A stretch of 24,786 nucleotides of DNA, from positions 1 through 24,786 of IMG/VR virus record IMGVR_UViG_3300042197_000917; one strand, given 5' to 3'. Under the pieces are notes generated by a model. It saw only the letters and a list, made by a program, of their open reading frames with translations, searched no databases and was not told where the DNA came from. Positions 13,632-22,721 of this stretch are shown here, in pieces. The stretch is from a virus. Lineage: Duplodnaviria; Caudoviricetes. Made by a program: the position numbers and the translations under genes. Position 1 is the first letter of the stretch; each line of letters starts with the position of its first letter.

Positions 13632-15912
13632 ACTCTCCCTCCTCAACTTTACTTAACTCATTAATTAGATCTTCAAGATTGGGTTTCTTATCTTCAATTA
13701 CCTCATCAGTTTTGATGTCGTAAGTGTTTTGGTAATAAGAAGTCTTCCACCCGTACTTGTATGTAGTCAAAAAGTCATTTGCCATGACCGAAGTAGGAAC
13801 TTCATTATCAGGGTAATTCTCTGGATTGTAACTCCAGTTACCAGAAATAGCCTGATCGAAGAACTTTTGCATCATAGCAACAATTTTGATGTAACCTTCG
13901 TTACTCTTCATGTCCCACAACAAGGTATAGTTGTTCTTCAGAGTAGCATACTGTGGAACAATCTGCTTAAGAGGCCCTTTCTTGGACTTCTTAATGGACA
14001 GGAAGGCACGAGGAGGTTCAATTCCGTTGGTTGCGTTTGACACAACGGAACTGCTCTCCGATGGCATCTGTGCGGACAGTGTACTGTGTCTGAGACCGTT
14101 CTCCCGAATAGATACTCTAAGAGCTTCCCAGTCATGTTGGTACTTCGGGGTAACGATTTCGTCTACTTCTTTCTTGTAAGTATCAATGGGCAGTATTCCA
14201 TCTGCATACTTGGTGCGACCAAAGTTTTCACAATAGCCTTTCTCCTTGGCGAGTTGATTTGATGCTTTGAGAAGGTAATACTGGAACGATTCTGAGAGTC
14301 CATGAACGGCATCCCATGCCCCCTGAGACTCATAATTGAATCCTAACTTAGCGAGATAGTGTGCAAGACCGATAAAACCGATTCCAAGCGATCTCCGTGC
14401 CTTTGTGGCTAACTCTGCAGATACTACTGGATACTTCTGATAATCAATCAATTCATCCAGACCGCGAACAGAAAGATCACAGAGTTCTTCCAGTTCTTCA
14501 TCCGACTTCACTTTACCTACATTAATTGCCGACAAAATGCACAATGCAATCTCGCCATTTTCGTCATCGATATGTTGGATGGGATATGTTGGCAGAGTAA
14601 TTTCCTGACACAGATTGCTCATCTCAATCTTATCCTTGAAGGATGAATGAGAATTGCAGTGGTCAATATTCATAATGTAGACACGACCCGTCTCTGCACG
14701 TTCTTTAAGGAGATCAAGAATAAGTTCCTGTGCTTTAACAGTCTTCTTTGGAATGGTTGGATCGTTCTCATATTGTACATAGAGATCATCAAACTCAGGG
14801 AGTCCAAAGCTAGAATACAATCTAGGTACATTGTGTGGGGAGAACAACGTGATCTCACCGTCTTGAATAAATCGCTCATAGAATAATTTGCTAATCTGAA
14901 TTGAATAATCAAGTTTACGGACACGATTATCTTCCGTACCCTTGTTGTTTTTAAGAACAAGAATATCTTCTATTTCTTGGTGCCAGATGGGGAAGTGGAC
15001 TGTTGCAGATCCACCTCGGATGCCATTTTGAGTGCAGCATCTGACAGTTGCCTCAAACTTTTTGAGAAAAGGTACAACACCTGTGTGTTGAACTTCACCA
15101 CCTCGGATCTTAGAATTGATGCCCCGGATTCGACCTGCGTTGATACCAATTCCTGCTCTTTGAGCAACATAGCGACCAATTGCCATATCAGAGCTGAAGA
15201 TGCTATCAAGGGTGTCATCAACGTCAACAAGAACGCAACTTGCAAATTGGCGAAGTGAGGTTCTAACACCTGCCATGATTGGCGTAGGAATGTTGATTTT
15301 GTGCTTCGAGATTGCGTCATAGTACCTCTTAACGTATGACATTCTGGTTTCTTTTGGATACTCTGCAAAGATAGTCAGAGCAATCATCATGTACATAAAC
15401 TGGGGAGTTTCATAGACTCCTCCGCTGCTGCGGTCTTGCACAAGGTACTTATCAACAACCTGTCGCAGACCGGCATAAGTGAACAAGAAATCACGAGAAT
15501 GATCGATAAACGAATCAGCCTTAGCAATTTCTTCTTGCGAATATTTGTTGTAGATATCATGGTCATAAACTTCTGCAGACACACAATCGATAATGTGCTG
15601 TTCCAAAGTAGGAAGTTCTTTCATCTTCCCATAAAGTTGTTTACGCACAGAAAACAGAAGAAGACGAGCAGCAACATATTGATAGTTAGGATGCTCAAGA
15701 TCAATCAGATCGCTTGCACTACGAATCAAAATTTCTTGAATCTCAGCAGTGGAGATTCCATTATAAAATTGAATACCCGATGTCATCTCCACTTGACTCG
15801 CAGAGACCCCTGCAAGACCGCTACATGCCTCTTCAACCATCAAGTGCATCTTATCTAGATCAAGAGACTCAATTGACCCATTTCTCTTGACAACTTTTGT
15901 TCCATTACTCAT
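13612..15912 (-). CDS. nrdA: Ribonucleotide reductase class Ia alpha subunit
   Basis: N-terminal ATP cone VVKRNG, PTPIMAG, QFASC, SNLCQEI, C-terminal CESC. Confidence 0.97.
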   Translation of the reverse strand: MSNGTKVVKRNGSIESLDLDKMHLMVEEACSGLAGVSASQVEMTSGIQFYNGISTAEIQEILIRSASDLIDLEHPNYQYVAARLLLFSVRKQLYGKMKELPTLEQHIIDCVSAEVYDHDIYNKYSQEEIAKADSFIDHSRDFLFTYAGLRQVVDKYLVQDRSSGGVYETPQFMYMMIALTIFAEYPKETRMSYVKRYYDAISKHKINIPTPIMAGVRTSLRQFASCVLVDVDDTLDSIFSSDMAIGRYVAQRAGIGINAGRIRGINSKIRGGEVQHTGVVPFLKKFEATVRCCTQNGIRGGSATVHFPIWHQEIEDILVLKNNKGTEDNRVRKLDYSIQISKLFYERFIQDGEITLFSPHNVPRLYSSFGLPEFDDLYVQYENDPTIPKKTVKAQELILDLLKERAETGRVYIMNIDHCNSHSSFKDKIEMSNLCQEITLPTYPIQHIDDENGEIALCILSAINVGKVKSDEELEELCDLSVRGLDELIDYQKYPVVSAELATKARRSLGIGFIGLAHYLAKLGFNYESQGAWDAVHGLSESFQYYLLKASNQLAKEKGYCENFGRTKYADGILPIDTYKKEVDEIVTPKYQHDWEALRVSIRENGLRHSTLSAQMPSESSSVVSNATNGIEPPRAFLSIKKSKKGPLKQIVPQYATLKNNYTLLWDMKSNEGYIKIVAMMQKFFDQAISGNWSYNPENYPDNEVPTSVMANDFLTTYKYGWKTSYYQNTYDIKTDEVIEDKKPNLEDLINELSKVEEGECESCAV

Positions 15913-16883
15913 ATTTTCTTCCAGGTTGTAAATTTAAGTTTTGCTTCTAAACCAGAATAAGTATTTGATTCTATCACAGACTGAACATCATGTCCAGCAA
16001 GAACCATATCATTAATGTCCTTTTCTCTTATGCCCAGTGGCCAGATGACAACTCTTTCTCCTCGTTCAATGGTGCGGGAGATGCGGGATACAATTTCTGA
16101 ATTTCGTGGTTCGTTATCGTAGATCCACACAGGATTGCTAATGCCCCACTTACTAAGATCACCGTCAGCTCCGCACAGAGCAATCGCATTTGAAATGAAT
16201 GTTGAGTCAAATGGTCCTTCGGTAACATAAACTGTTTTCTCCTTGTTGAGTTCATCGAGTCCATAAATTTTAGGAGCGTCATCAAAAAGCATCACGGTGA
16301 TGTATTTATTTCGAGATGGACCCAACGCTCTTCCCTGAAAACCGACTAGATCTTTCTGATAGTACAAAGGAATTATGATTCTAGGCTCTTCCAAATCTGT
16401 GCTTGCAAATGTCTGCTTAAGCGAGTTAGCAAACTGCTTAAACTTTTCTGCAAAGTAAAACTTTTTTGGGTCGAGTTTACGCTTCTCAAGATAGGTTCTA
16501 CCACGCTCCACTTCAGAGCATAAAGGGAGAACAATCTTGGTTTTGAATACAGGTTTCTCAAAAACGAAATCGGGTTCATCAGTAATAAAGTTTCTTCCAG
16601 TATGTCCCTCTTTAAACTTTTCAAACGTATATTGTTTATACGTTGTAGAGTCTAACTGCTTCAAAAAATTATTGAAAGAAACATTGACTCCACAGTTGTG
16701 ACACTTGAAGTTTGTATTGTTCTTGACTTGATACAGATATCCTCTGGATTTACTCTTGTTCTTCTTCGAGTCTCCACAAATCGGACATCTGAAATTATAA
16801 AGATTATTTTTTACTCTTTTAAAATTTACCAGTCTTGCAGAAATCAAATTGATGTATTTAACATCAACATAATCCATAATCAA
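15909..16883 (-). CDS. gp61: DNA primase (T4 gp61-like)
   Basis: CPICGDS...CHNC zinc finger, TEGPFDS, DNEPRN, KDIND; the start may be the ATG at 16877. Confidence 0.95.
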   Translation of the reverse strand: MIMDYVDVKYINLISARLVNFKRVKNNLYNFRCPICGDSKKNKSKSRGYLYQVKNNTNFKCHNCGVNVSFNNFLKQLDSTTYKQYTFEKFKEGHTGRNFITDEPDFVFEKPVFKTKIVLPLCSEVERGRTYLEKRKLDPKKFYFAEKFKQFANSLKQTFASTDLEEPRIIIPLYYQKDLVGFQGRALGPSRNKYITVMLFDDAPKIYGLDELNKEKTVYVTEGPFDSTFISNAIALCGADGDLSKWGISNPVWIYDNEPRNSEIVSRISRTIERGERVVIWPLGIREKDINDMVLAGHDVQSVIESNTYSGLEAKLKFTTWKKI

Positions 16884-17260
16884 ACTCTATAATTTCGCTG
16901 CTCCATTATAGGACCATGACTGCCTGGTGTCAAGAACTGAACAACCTTTGTGTTCATTAAAAATGTCAGACAAGCAATTGCTCCAATAGCCATCCAGACA
17001 CGTTTTTCGATCAGCGATACTCTTGACACAATACCGTCATAATCGCTGTCAACCTTATCACGGAGTTTGTCAATTTTTGCAAAGAGTATACTGTCGGTTT
17101 CTTCTTGCTTGGCAATTCGTTCTTCATGTACTGCGAGCATCTTACTCACATTACTATTTACTTCACTAAGTTTTTCAATAGCATTGTCAATCTTGACAAT
17201 AATATCTTTTAAATCTTCTAGTTTTTGTTCTAGAATTGCGACTCTAATTTCTTCGGCCAT
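16880..17260 (-). CDS. Coiled-coil protein with a C-terminal TM helix
   Basis: Heptad pattern, MLAVHEERI, WMAIGAIACLTFL. Confidence 0.75.
   Translation of the reverse strand: MAEEIRVAILEQKLEDLKDIIVKIDNAIEKLSEVNSNVSKMLAVHEERIAKQEETDSILFAKIDKLRDKVDSDYDGIVSRVSLIEKRVWMAIGAIACLTFLMNTKVVQFLTPGSHGPIMEQRNYRV
16905..16933 (-). promoter_or_regulatory. Consensus sigma70 promoter for primase-nrdA-nrdB
   Basis: TTGACA-N17-TATAAT inside the 3' end of the upstream ORF. Confidence 0.8.
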
Positions 17261-17313
17261 GGTGAGAATTTTTTGCTCCTATGTCTCAACAAATGGCATT
17301 ATATAGATCGATA

Positions 17314-17496
17314 TTATTTATCCTTTTTCCACCTTTTACGAGACCCTGGACCCATTTTAATATATTTCTTTTTGAATTTCATGACAGGATCAAAACCCGC
17401 TGCAGGTCCTTTTGGATCTGCAGAACCAGTGAATCCTCCAGTTCCTGCAACCATTTGTTCTCTAATGAGTTGAATGATTTTATCAAGATTAGCCAT
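17314..17496 (-). CDS. Small hypothetical protein (60 aa)
   Basis: IREQM..GGFTGSADPKGPAAGFDP and a basic tail; overlaps the upstream stop. Confidence 0.7.
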   Translation of the reverse strand: MANLDKIIQLIREQMVAGTGGFTGSADPKGPAAGFDPVMKFKKKYIKMGPGSRKRWKKDK

Positions 17497-17872
17497 TTTT
17501 GCAAAGGTTTTGAAGTTCTGATAGACAGGTTATATCGACAGGAACATCATGCACATAACACTTTGGAGTCTCAGGAAGTTTATTTAAAAAGATAATAAAC
17601 GTCTTGATAGTTGACCAAAGATCCTTTTCAATCTTAAAGAATAACATAGGAGTAGCAGCATCCCCAAAGATATTATAAAGAATAATAAAATGATTCAGAA
17701 GCAAATGTGCTTTCAATTCGCCAGAATTTTTATACTTCTTAAGTAATCTTTTGATGTACTTAAAATGCTGAAGATCTTTATCAAAATCTTCTTTGGTTAC
17801 CGCTTGAGGATTTTCATAATGTTTAATCGCAAACAGAAGAAAATTCTCCTCCGTCAATTCACTAAAGATCAT
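17489..17872 (-). CDS. Conserved T4-like cyanophage hypothetical protein
   Basis: FLLFAIKHYENP..FKYIKRL..LLNHFIILYNIFG. Confidence 0.8.
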   Translation of the reverse strand: MIFSELTEENFLLFAIKHYENPQAVTKEDFDKDLQHFKYIKRLLKKYKNSGELKAHLLLNHFIILYNIFGDAATPMLFFKIEKDLWSTIKTFIIFLNKLPETPKCYVHDVPVDITCLSELQNLCKNG

Positions 17873-17873
17873 A

Positions 17874-18401
17874 TCATACTAATGGATTACCATCATAAAT
17901 TGGAGTATTGCCTGTAGAAATACCAGACATTGCAACCAGGGTCTCAGTCTTAACTCTCAGATTTCCTTGGTTATCATTGTAAGTAGTAACACCAACCCAA
18001 CCAGCGTGTGTCAGTTGATACGAAGTACCTTGTGCTGCTGCTGCACCTGCTGCTTCTACGCCATAAACATATGGTTCGTAGTTAGTGTGAGTTTGGCTAT
18101 ACTGACTATCCTGAGTTACATACTTAGGAAGTTGACTGATTTGGAAATCGGTGCTAGCAATCGCGGCTCCACTTAAACCAGCAGTTGAAGCAATCGAAAG
18201 TTGTGTGGTGCTTGCAATGCCTACGATTACAGCATCGCCAAAATAGGTTCCACCAACAACACCAAAGCGAATTACATCTCCAGTAGCCGCAGCCCCAACC
18301 TGACCGAAAGTTGTTCCACTGCCAGTAACGACAAGAGTCGAATAGTTAAGAGATACTGTACCACCTGACCCTTTGTTATCAAGATTTCCCCAGAGTGCCA
18401 T
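17874..18401 (-). CDS. Probable virion structural protein
   Basis: MALWG start, Gly/Thr/Ala-rich, HAGWVG..RVKTETLVAM; late promoter upstream. Confidence 0.75.
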   Translation of the reverse strand: MALWGNLDNKGSGGTVSLNYSTLVVTGSGTTFGQVGAAATGDVIRFGVVGGTYFGDAVIVGIASTTQLSIASTAGLSGAAIASTDFQISQLPKYVTQDSQYSQTHTNYEPYVYGVEAAGAAAAQGTSYQLTHAGWVGVTTYNDNQGNLRVKTETLVAMSGISTGNTPIYDGNPLV

Positions 18402-18431
18402 GTTCTTTCCCGTAAAAAATTTTGCTAGAAA

Positions 18432-18439
18432 TATTTATA
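18432..18439 (-). promoter_or_regulatory. T4-type late promoter
   Basis: TATAAATA about 30 nt upstream of the ATG at 18401. Confidence 0.7.
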
Positions 18440-18471
18440 AAAAAGGGAGACCATACTTTTGGTCTCCCCTT
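18439..18471 (-). terminator. Rho-independent terminator
   Basis: AAGGGAGACCA...TGGTCTCCC followed by T6. Confidence 0.8.
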
Positions 18472-18490
18472 CAATTAAATTTAAGGTTTA

Positions 18491-18670
18491 TCAAGGAGTT
18501 AAATCCTTAGCACCTTTTGATTTTAATTGTGCTTGAACCTGTAAAAGAATTAACGAAAGAAGTCCGTTTGCTTTTACCTTTGGGTTTGCTCCCAGTGCTT
18601 CTGAAACTGCAAACAGAACGGTTGCAAGCAGAGCCTGGTTAGCAAGACACCATGCGACGAGTGCAGACAT
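18491..18670 (-). CDS. Small hydrophobic protein (59 aa)
   Basis: Manual translation MSALVAWCLANQALLATVLFAVSEALGANPKVKANGLLSLILLQVQAQLKSKGAKDLTP; GGAG RBS; CTAAATA late-like motif at 18700-18706; followed by a terminator. Confidence 0.75.
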   Translation of the reverse strand: MSALVAWCLANQALLATVLFAVSEALGANPKVKANGLLSLILLQVQAQLKSKGAKDLTP

Positions 18671-18710
18671 AATAATCTCCGTGTGGAATTATCCTGGACT
18701 ATTTAGAAAA

Positions 18711-20159
18711 TCAATCTCTTGGAGATGAATGTAAATAATCGGAGGTTCTTTTAACGTAAGCATTAGATGCTTTTTGTGCTGCTGATTTCTGTGCCGCAGT
18801 TGCCTTTGGTTTCTTTGTTTTTCCAGTCATCAGAGCACCTTTGCCATACTTATCTTCGACGGATGCTCTTACAATGTCCAAAGCACTTTGCTTCTCAGCA
18901 ATCTGTTCACCTTCTGGTTCATAAGAAGCACTGATTCCAGTTACACCAGATTTTACTGCTCTCTGCTTCTGTTGCAGGAGTTGCAGCATTCTTTGCTGTT
19001 GTTGCTTTTCAACTTTTTTTTCAGCAGGATCTTGAGCGTCTTCCTCAGCTAACTTCTTCGCTTGCTTCGTAGCAGTAGCGTACATGACTTCTTTACCACG
19101 ACCAGGGTATCTCTTTTCAAAATCACCTGCACTTTTCTTCATTGACTTAACAATTTGCTCTTTCTTCTTTGTTTCTGCAGGAGTCAGAGTCTTTTCATTC
19201 AATTCAAATTCTTCATTCTTAGCTTTGTTTCTAAGATTCTCTGCAGATTTATCAAGAACTTTACTCATTTTACCCATTTTATATCTGTTTAAACCTGAGG
19301 CTTCACCAGTCTCTCTAGCATCACTCATAGCAGCAGTTCTCAGTTTTTTATATCTATCATACATACGTCCATGCTTTTCACGATCAATCTCTTTATAACC
19401 TTCTTCAATCTCATACTCAACTTCTTCATTGTGTGAAGGAGACTGACCGATTCTATCAAATCTTTCTTTTTCTTTCTGTCTAGTAATTGCACTTACGATG
19501 TTAGAAGATTTCTTTTGTGCCTCTTCTTTTTTCTTTCCCTTTGAGGATAATGAAGTACGAGCAAGATTTCCTGCACGGCGATACATTGCAGACTCTTTTT
19601 CTCTACCAATTGGTTTGTAACCCTCTTCAATCTCAACCATTTCAATCAGTTGACCACCAAGTTCCTCAACTGCTTCTTTAAGTTCGGGATTAATAACAAT
19701 TTTATTTTCTACTTTTTTTTCCTTAATCTTTTTATCTTTCTCAACTTCGTCCATTACTTCTACAAGATCTTGTCTCCAATCAGAGAAAGATTCTTTTCTA
19801 GTGGCGATTGCCTTTCCGATTGCCTTACGGCGCTTATGAAGATACTTATCCGACTTATCAGTATCACCATCATTATCAATATCTGAATCTTCTTTACCTA
19901 CAGGATCAAGTGCTTCATTAGCCATACCAGGAATATGCTTTCCTTTGGTTTTTTTATTGATGTAAGAAATTTGATCTTTTTGGAACTTTCCGTATTCTTT
20001 ACCCTTATATGCGGGTAACTTTTTAGTTAAGGTATCACCTGCTCTTCTTTCTGCAGAAGCAGCCTTTCTCATCTCAGTATCCTGACCTCTTACCGCCTCA
20101 TCAACAGCGATTTGTTCCAGGTATACCTTGGAAATATCATTTAAAATGTTGTCTGACAT
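18711..20159 (-). CDS. Highly charged modular protein, probable internal head protein
   Basis: Lys/Glu-rich; DSDIDNDGDTDKSD loop; repeated IEEGYK modules; late promoter at 20186-20193. Confidence 0.7.
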   Translation of the reverse strand: MSDNILNDISKVYLEQIAVDEAVRGQDTEMRKAASAERRAGDTLTKKLPAYKGKEYGKFQKDQISYINKKTKGKHIPGMANEALDPVGKEDSDIDNDGDTDKSDKYLHKRRKAIGKAIATRKESFSDWRQDLVEVMDEVEKDKKIKEKKVENKIVINPELKEAVEELGGQLIEMVEIEEGYKPIGREKESAMYRRAGNLARTSLSSKGKKKEEAQKKSSNIVSAITRQKEKERFDRIGQSPSHNEEVEYEIEEGYKEIDREKHGRMYDRYKKLRTAAMSDARETGEASGLNRYKMGKMSKVLDKSAENLRNKAKNEEFELNEKTLTPAETKKKEQIVKSMKKSAGDFEKRYPGRGKEVMYATATKQAKKLAEEDAQDPAEKKVEKQQQQRMLQLLQQKQRAVKSGVTGISASYEPEGEQIAEKQSALDIVRASVEDKYGKGALMTGKTKKPKATAAQKSAAQKASNAYVKRTSDYLHSSPRD

Positions 20160-20168
20160 TTTTACAAT

Positions 20169-21428
20169 TTAATTTTTCTTATACTTATTTATAAAATTCA
20201 ATCCAAAGTTCTTCTGACCAAAAGCAAGATTCTCAGTTCCCTTATCGGATCCTTGTGTCATTGATGCAGCGTACTTTGTATAACCCGAAGTTCCTGCTAA
20301 TGTATTTGGTTTTCCAGGAAGTCTATACTTACTTCCCATTTCTTTTTCACTGTACTCTCTCAAATCTTTGATCCAAGATTTAAACATATAGTTTTCTCTA
20401 GTAACACAAATCAAATGATTGGTTCCTCTACGAATAATTCTACCAACTAATCCGGTATTTAAATTCTCTACAAGATCACCGATTCTATAAATCAAACCAC
20501 CAACATAGTTTTCGCGGAGATTTTTGAAGTCAAACTTAGGTGCAATCTCCCACAGATTATAAGATTCCTTTGTCGATACTTTCATTGATTTCTTGAGAGC
20601 ATTGAAAAGATTTTTGGTCTCTTCTGGACCCAATGACTTAGGAATTCCTGACTTAAATGTATCAAAATCGTCATCAGCTGCTGCCTTTCTCATCTTAGAT
20701 GCAGACATTCCTTCCACACCTTCTGCATCAGCATCTCTTTCGCCCGCTGATACAACATTAATCATATCAAATGTATAAAGATCTCCATTATACTTATTAG
20801 CTAAGTTCTTAAATTCTCCAAGACGATCTGCACCAACAACGATTGTTACGTCAGTAAATCCTTCGTCATCGGCAGTCTTTAATACATCAAAGATAGACTT
20901 CATATTATCATCATCAATAATGTTCTCTTCATACTTGGGAAACATTTTCTTCATATATTCAATCTTTGTTGAAGGATCTAATGGATTCTTCTTAGGATCT
21001 TGCGATCTTGATGGATAAACTCTTAATTCCGATCCTGCGGAAATACTGGATGCAGAATCCAGAAGCTTCTTATGTCCTGTTGTAGGTGGATTGAAACGCC
21101 CAAAAACGACCGTTACACCCTTACCTTCTTCATCACCACGAAGAACTTCTGCCTGCTTTCTTTCTGGTTGCTGTTCTTGTGGTTTTGTTGCTGCTTGAGT
21201 TGCTGCAACTTGTTGATTTGCCTTGGTTCTTTGTTGAGGGATATCTCTTTCCCCAGTTCTCTGTCCCTGATTATAAAACTTTAGTTCTCCCTTTTCTGTT
21301 TTCGCAACGAATTCATTCTGGGCATTGTACCACCCACCATGGCCATCACCCTTAAGACCCAAACGCTTTGCCTGCATCGCCGCTTGGGATTCTTTTGCTT
21401 CGTTCAGAAAATTGAAAAACTGTTTCAT
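20169..21428 (-). CDS. Cytidylyltransferase-like (HxGH-superfamily) nucleotidyltransferase
   Basis: FGRFNPPTTGH, VVGADR, SAGERD, MSASKMR; typical conserved cyanomyovirus gene. Confidence 0.85.
   Translation of the reverse strand: MKQFFNFLNEAKESQAAMQAKRLGLKGDGHGGWYNAQNEFVAKTEKGELKFYNQGQRTGERDIPQQRTKANQQVAATQAATKPQEQQPERKQAEVLRGDEEGKGVTVVFGRFNPPTTGHKKLLDSASSISAGSELRVYPSRSQDPKKNPLDPSTKIEYMKKMFPKYEENIIDDDNMKSIFDVLKTADDEGFTDVTIVVGADRLGEFKNLANKYNGDLYTFDMINVVSAGERDADAEGVEGMSASKMRKAAADDDFDTFKSGIPKSLGPEETKNLFNALKKSMKVSTKESYNLWEIAPKFDFKNLRENYVGGLIYRIGDLVENLNTGLVGRIIRRGTNHLICVTRENYMFKSWIKDLREYSEKEMGSKYRLPGKPNTLAGTSGYTKYAASMTQGSDKGTENLAFGQKNFGLNFINKYKKN
20186..20193 (-). promoter_or_regulatory. T4-type late promoter
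   Basis: TATAAATA within the last codons of the nucleotidyltransferase gene. Confidence 0.65.
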
Positions 21429-21454
21429 ATTTATCTTAATATACTCTTATTTAT

Positions 21455-22177
21455 TCAAAACTCTACAGTTAGAGCATTTTTGGGTGGTTTTTTTGCTGTT
21501 ACAATTCTTCTTCCAGAATCTCCTCTACTTGGAGATCTCCCAAGAATTAATGGTAGACCTTTAGAATCTTTCTTAGTTGGTTCAAAAGGTTGGTCTTCTC
21601 TTCTTTTCCTAAGTCTTAAATATAAATCATTATCTTTAGCATATTTTTTTGCTTCGTAAAAATTACCATTAACTTTTAACGTACCACCAGAAAATGAGAA
21701 TGTAACGTCCATGGGCCCAATGTACATATAGTGGATTGGTCCACCCATTTTTTTATTACCAACAACAATGGTTTCTTTTAGTGATTCACCAACTTTTCCA
21801 TACATATCGGGCAAACCAGACATTCCCGCCTTAAATCCTTTCTTCTTATATTCCTTTAGTGCTGCCTCTAAAAATAATTTTGTCAATCCTGGAACTGCAA
21901 GTTCTAATCCAGCTAATCCTCCACCCGCAATACTAGGAGCACTCTCACCTTTATTTGAAACATTAATTTTTTTTGTTGTAGTTGTAATAATCACATCAGT
22001 ATATGGTTCAGTTCCGGCGGATGATCTTCCCTCAAATTTTTCTGCTGAAATTACATTAGTTATTCTGACTCCATTTGCACCAACGAGAGTAAATGGTTTT
22101 GCTCCATTTTTCCCATATCCACTATTAATAGCATCAACCAATCCTCTTTCTTGACGCTCAGCGAGTAACCCTGCCAT
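21455..22177 (-). CDS. Hypothetical protein, putative PD-(D/E)xK nuclease
   Basis: ERQE helix, then PYTDVII...VSNK (D...SxK); basic protein; CTAAATA upstream at 22205-22211. Confidence 0.5.
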   Translation of the reverse strand: MAGLLAERQERGLVDAINSGYGKNGAKPFTLVGANGVRITNVISAEKFEGRSSAGTEPYTDVIITTTTKKINVSNKGESAPSIAGGGLAGLELAVPGLTKLFLEAALKEYKKKGFKAGMSGLPDMYGKVGESLKETIVVGNKKMGGPIHYMYIGPMDVTFSFSGGTLKVNGNFYEAKKYAKDNDLYLRLRKRREDQPFEPTKKDSKGLPLILGRSPSRGDSGRRIVTAKKPPKNALTVEF

Positions 22178-22211
22178 CCTTTCGAATTTATTATTCTTCT
22201 TTAATATTTAG

Positions 22212-22284
22212 TGGAGATAAGGAGACTCGAACTCCTGACATCCTGCTTGCAAAGCAGGCGCTCTACCAACTGAGCTATATCCCC
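22212..22284 (-). tRNA. tRNA-Ala(TGC)
   Basis: GGGGATA/TATCTCC acceptor stem with G3:U70; CCTGC-TT-TGC-AA-GCAGG. Confidence 0.94.
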
Positions 22285-22300
22285 AAAAACCCCGAAGGGT
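22285..22300 (-). terminator. Short cUUCGg hairpin with U-tail
   Basis: ACCC-TTCG-GGGT-TTTT directly abutting the tRNA-Ala 5' end. Confidence 0.55.
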
Positions 22301-22304
22301 AATT

Positions 22305-22312
22305 TATTTATA
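22305..22312 (-). promoter_or_regulatory. T4-type late promoter overlapping the mazG stop
   Basis: TATAAATA. Confidence 0.55.
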
Positions 22313-22721
22313 GATCTCCTTCAACTCGATTTTCTGAGCGGTAAACATCAAACGTTCCCTCAGGATAACGAGCACTCAATTTATCAAAGTTCATTTGAAG
22401 AACTTCTTCAAAGTTAGTATCAAGAGCCATACATGCTTGTGCAAGATACCAACAGATATCACCAAGTTCACGCTTCAGGTGAAATACATTTTCTTCATTG
22501 TAAGGTTTGCCTTGAAGGAAAATCTTTTTGACAACTTCAGTAAACTCACCTGCTTCAGCAGTCATTCCCAGAGCAGCAGTCATAAGACGAGGAACATCTG
22601 CATCAAATTCAACTTCTAGTTGAGACAGACGTGAAATCAAATCTGCATAGTTACTGCTTGCAGGACTCGTTGTTTGGCGAACGAATTCAATATATTTGTT
22701 AGTGTCAATGATTTGAGTCAT
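22308..22721 (-). CDS. mazG: MazG-like nucleoside triphosphate pyrophosphohydrolase
   Basis: AEAGEFTEVVKK...ELGDICWY...N..KL..RYP. Confidence 0.92.
   Translation of the reverse strand: MTQIIDTNKYIEFVRQTTSPASSNYADLISRLSQLEVEFDADVPRLMTAALGMTAEAGEFTEVVKKIFLQGKPYNEENVFHLKRELGDICWYLAQACMALDTNFEEVLQMNFDKLSARYPEGTFDVYRSENRVEGDL

Noticed and set aside
12441-15912. Introns or inteins in nrdA/nrdB, prompted by the nearby GIY-YIG gene
   Set aside because: Both ORFs are continuous and of normal length with all catalytic motifs; the GIY-YIG gene is free-standing.
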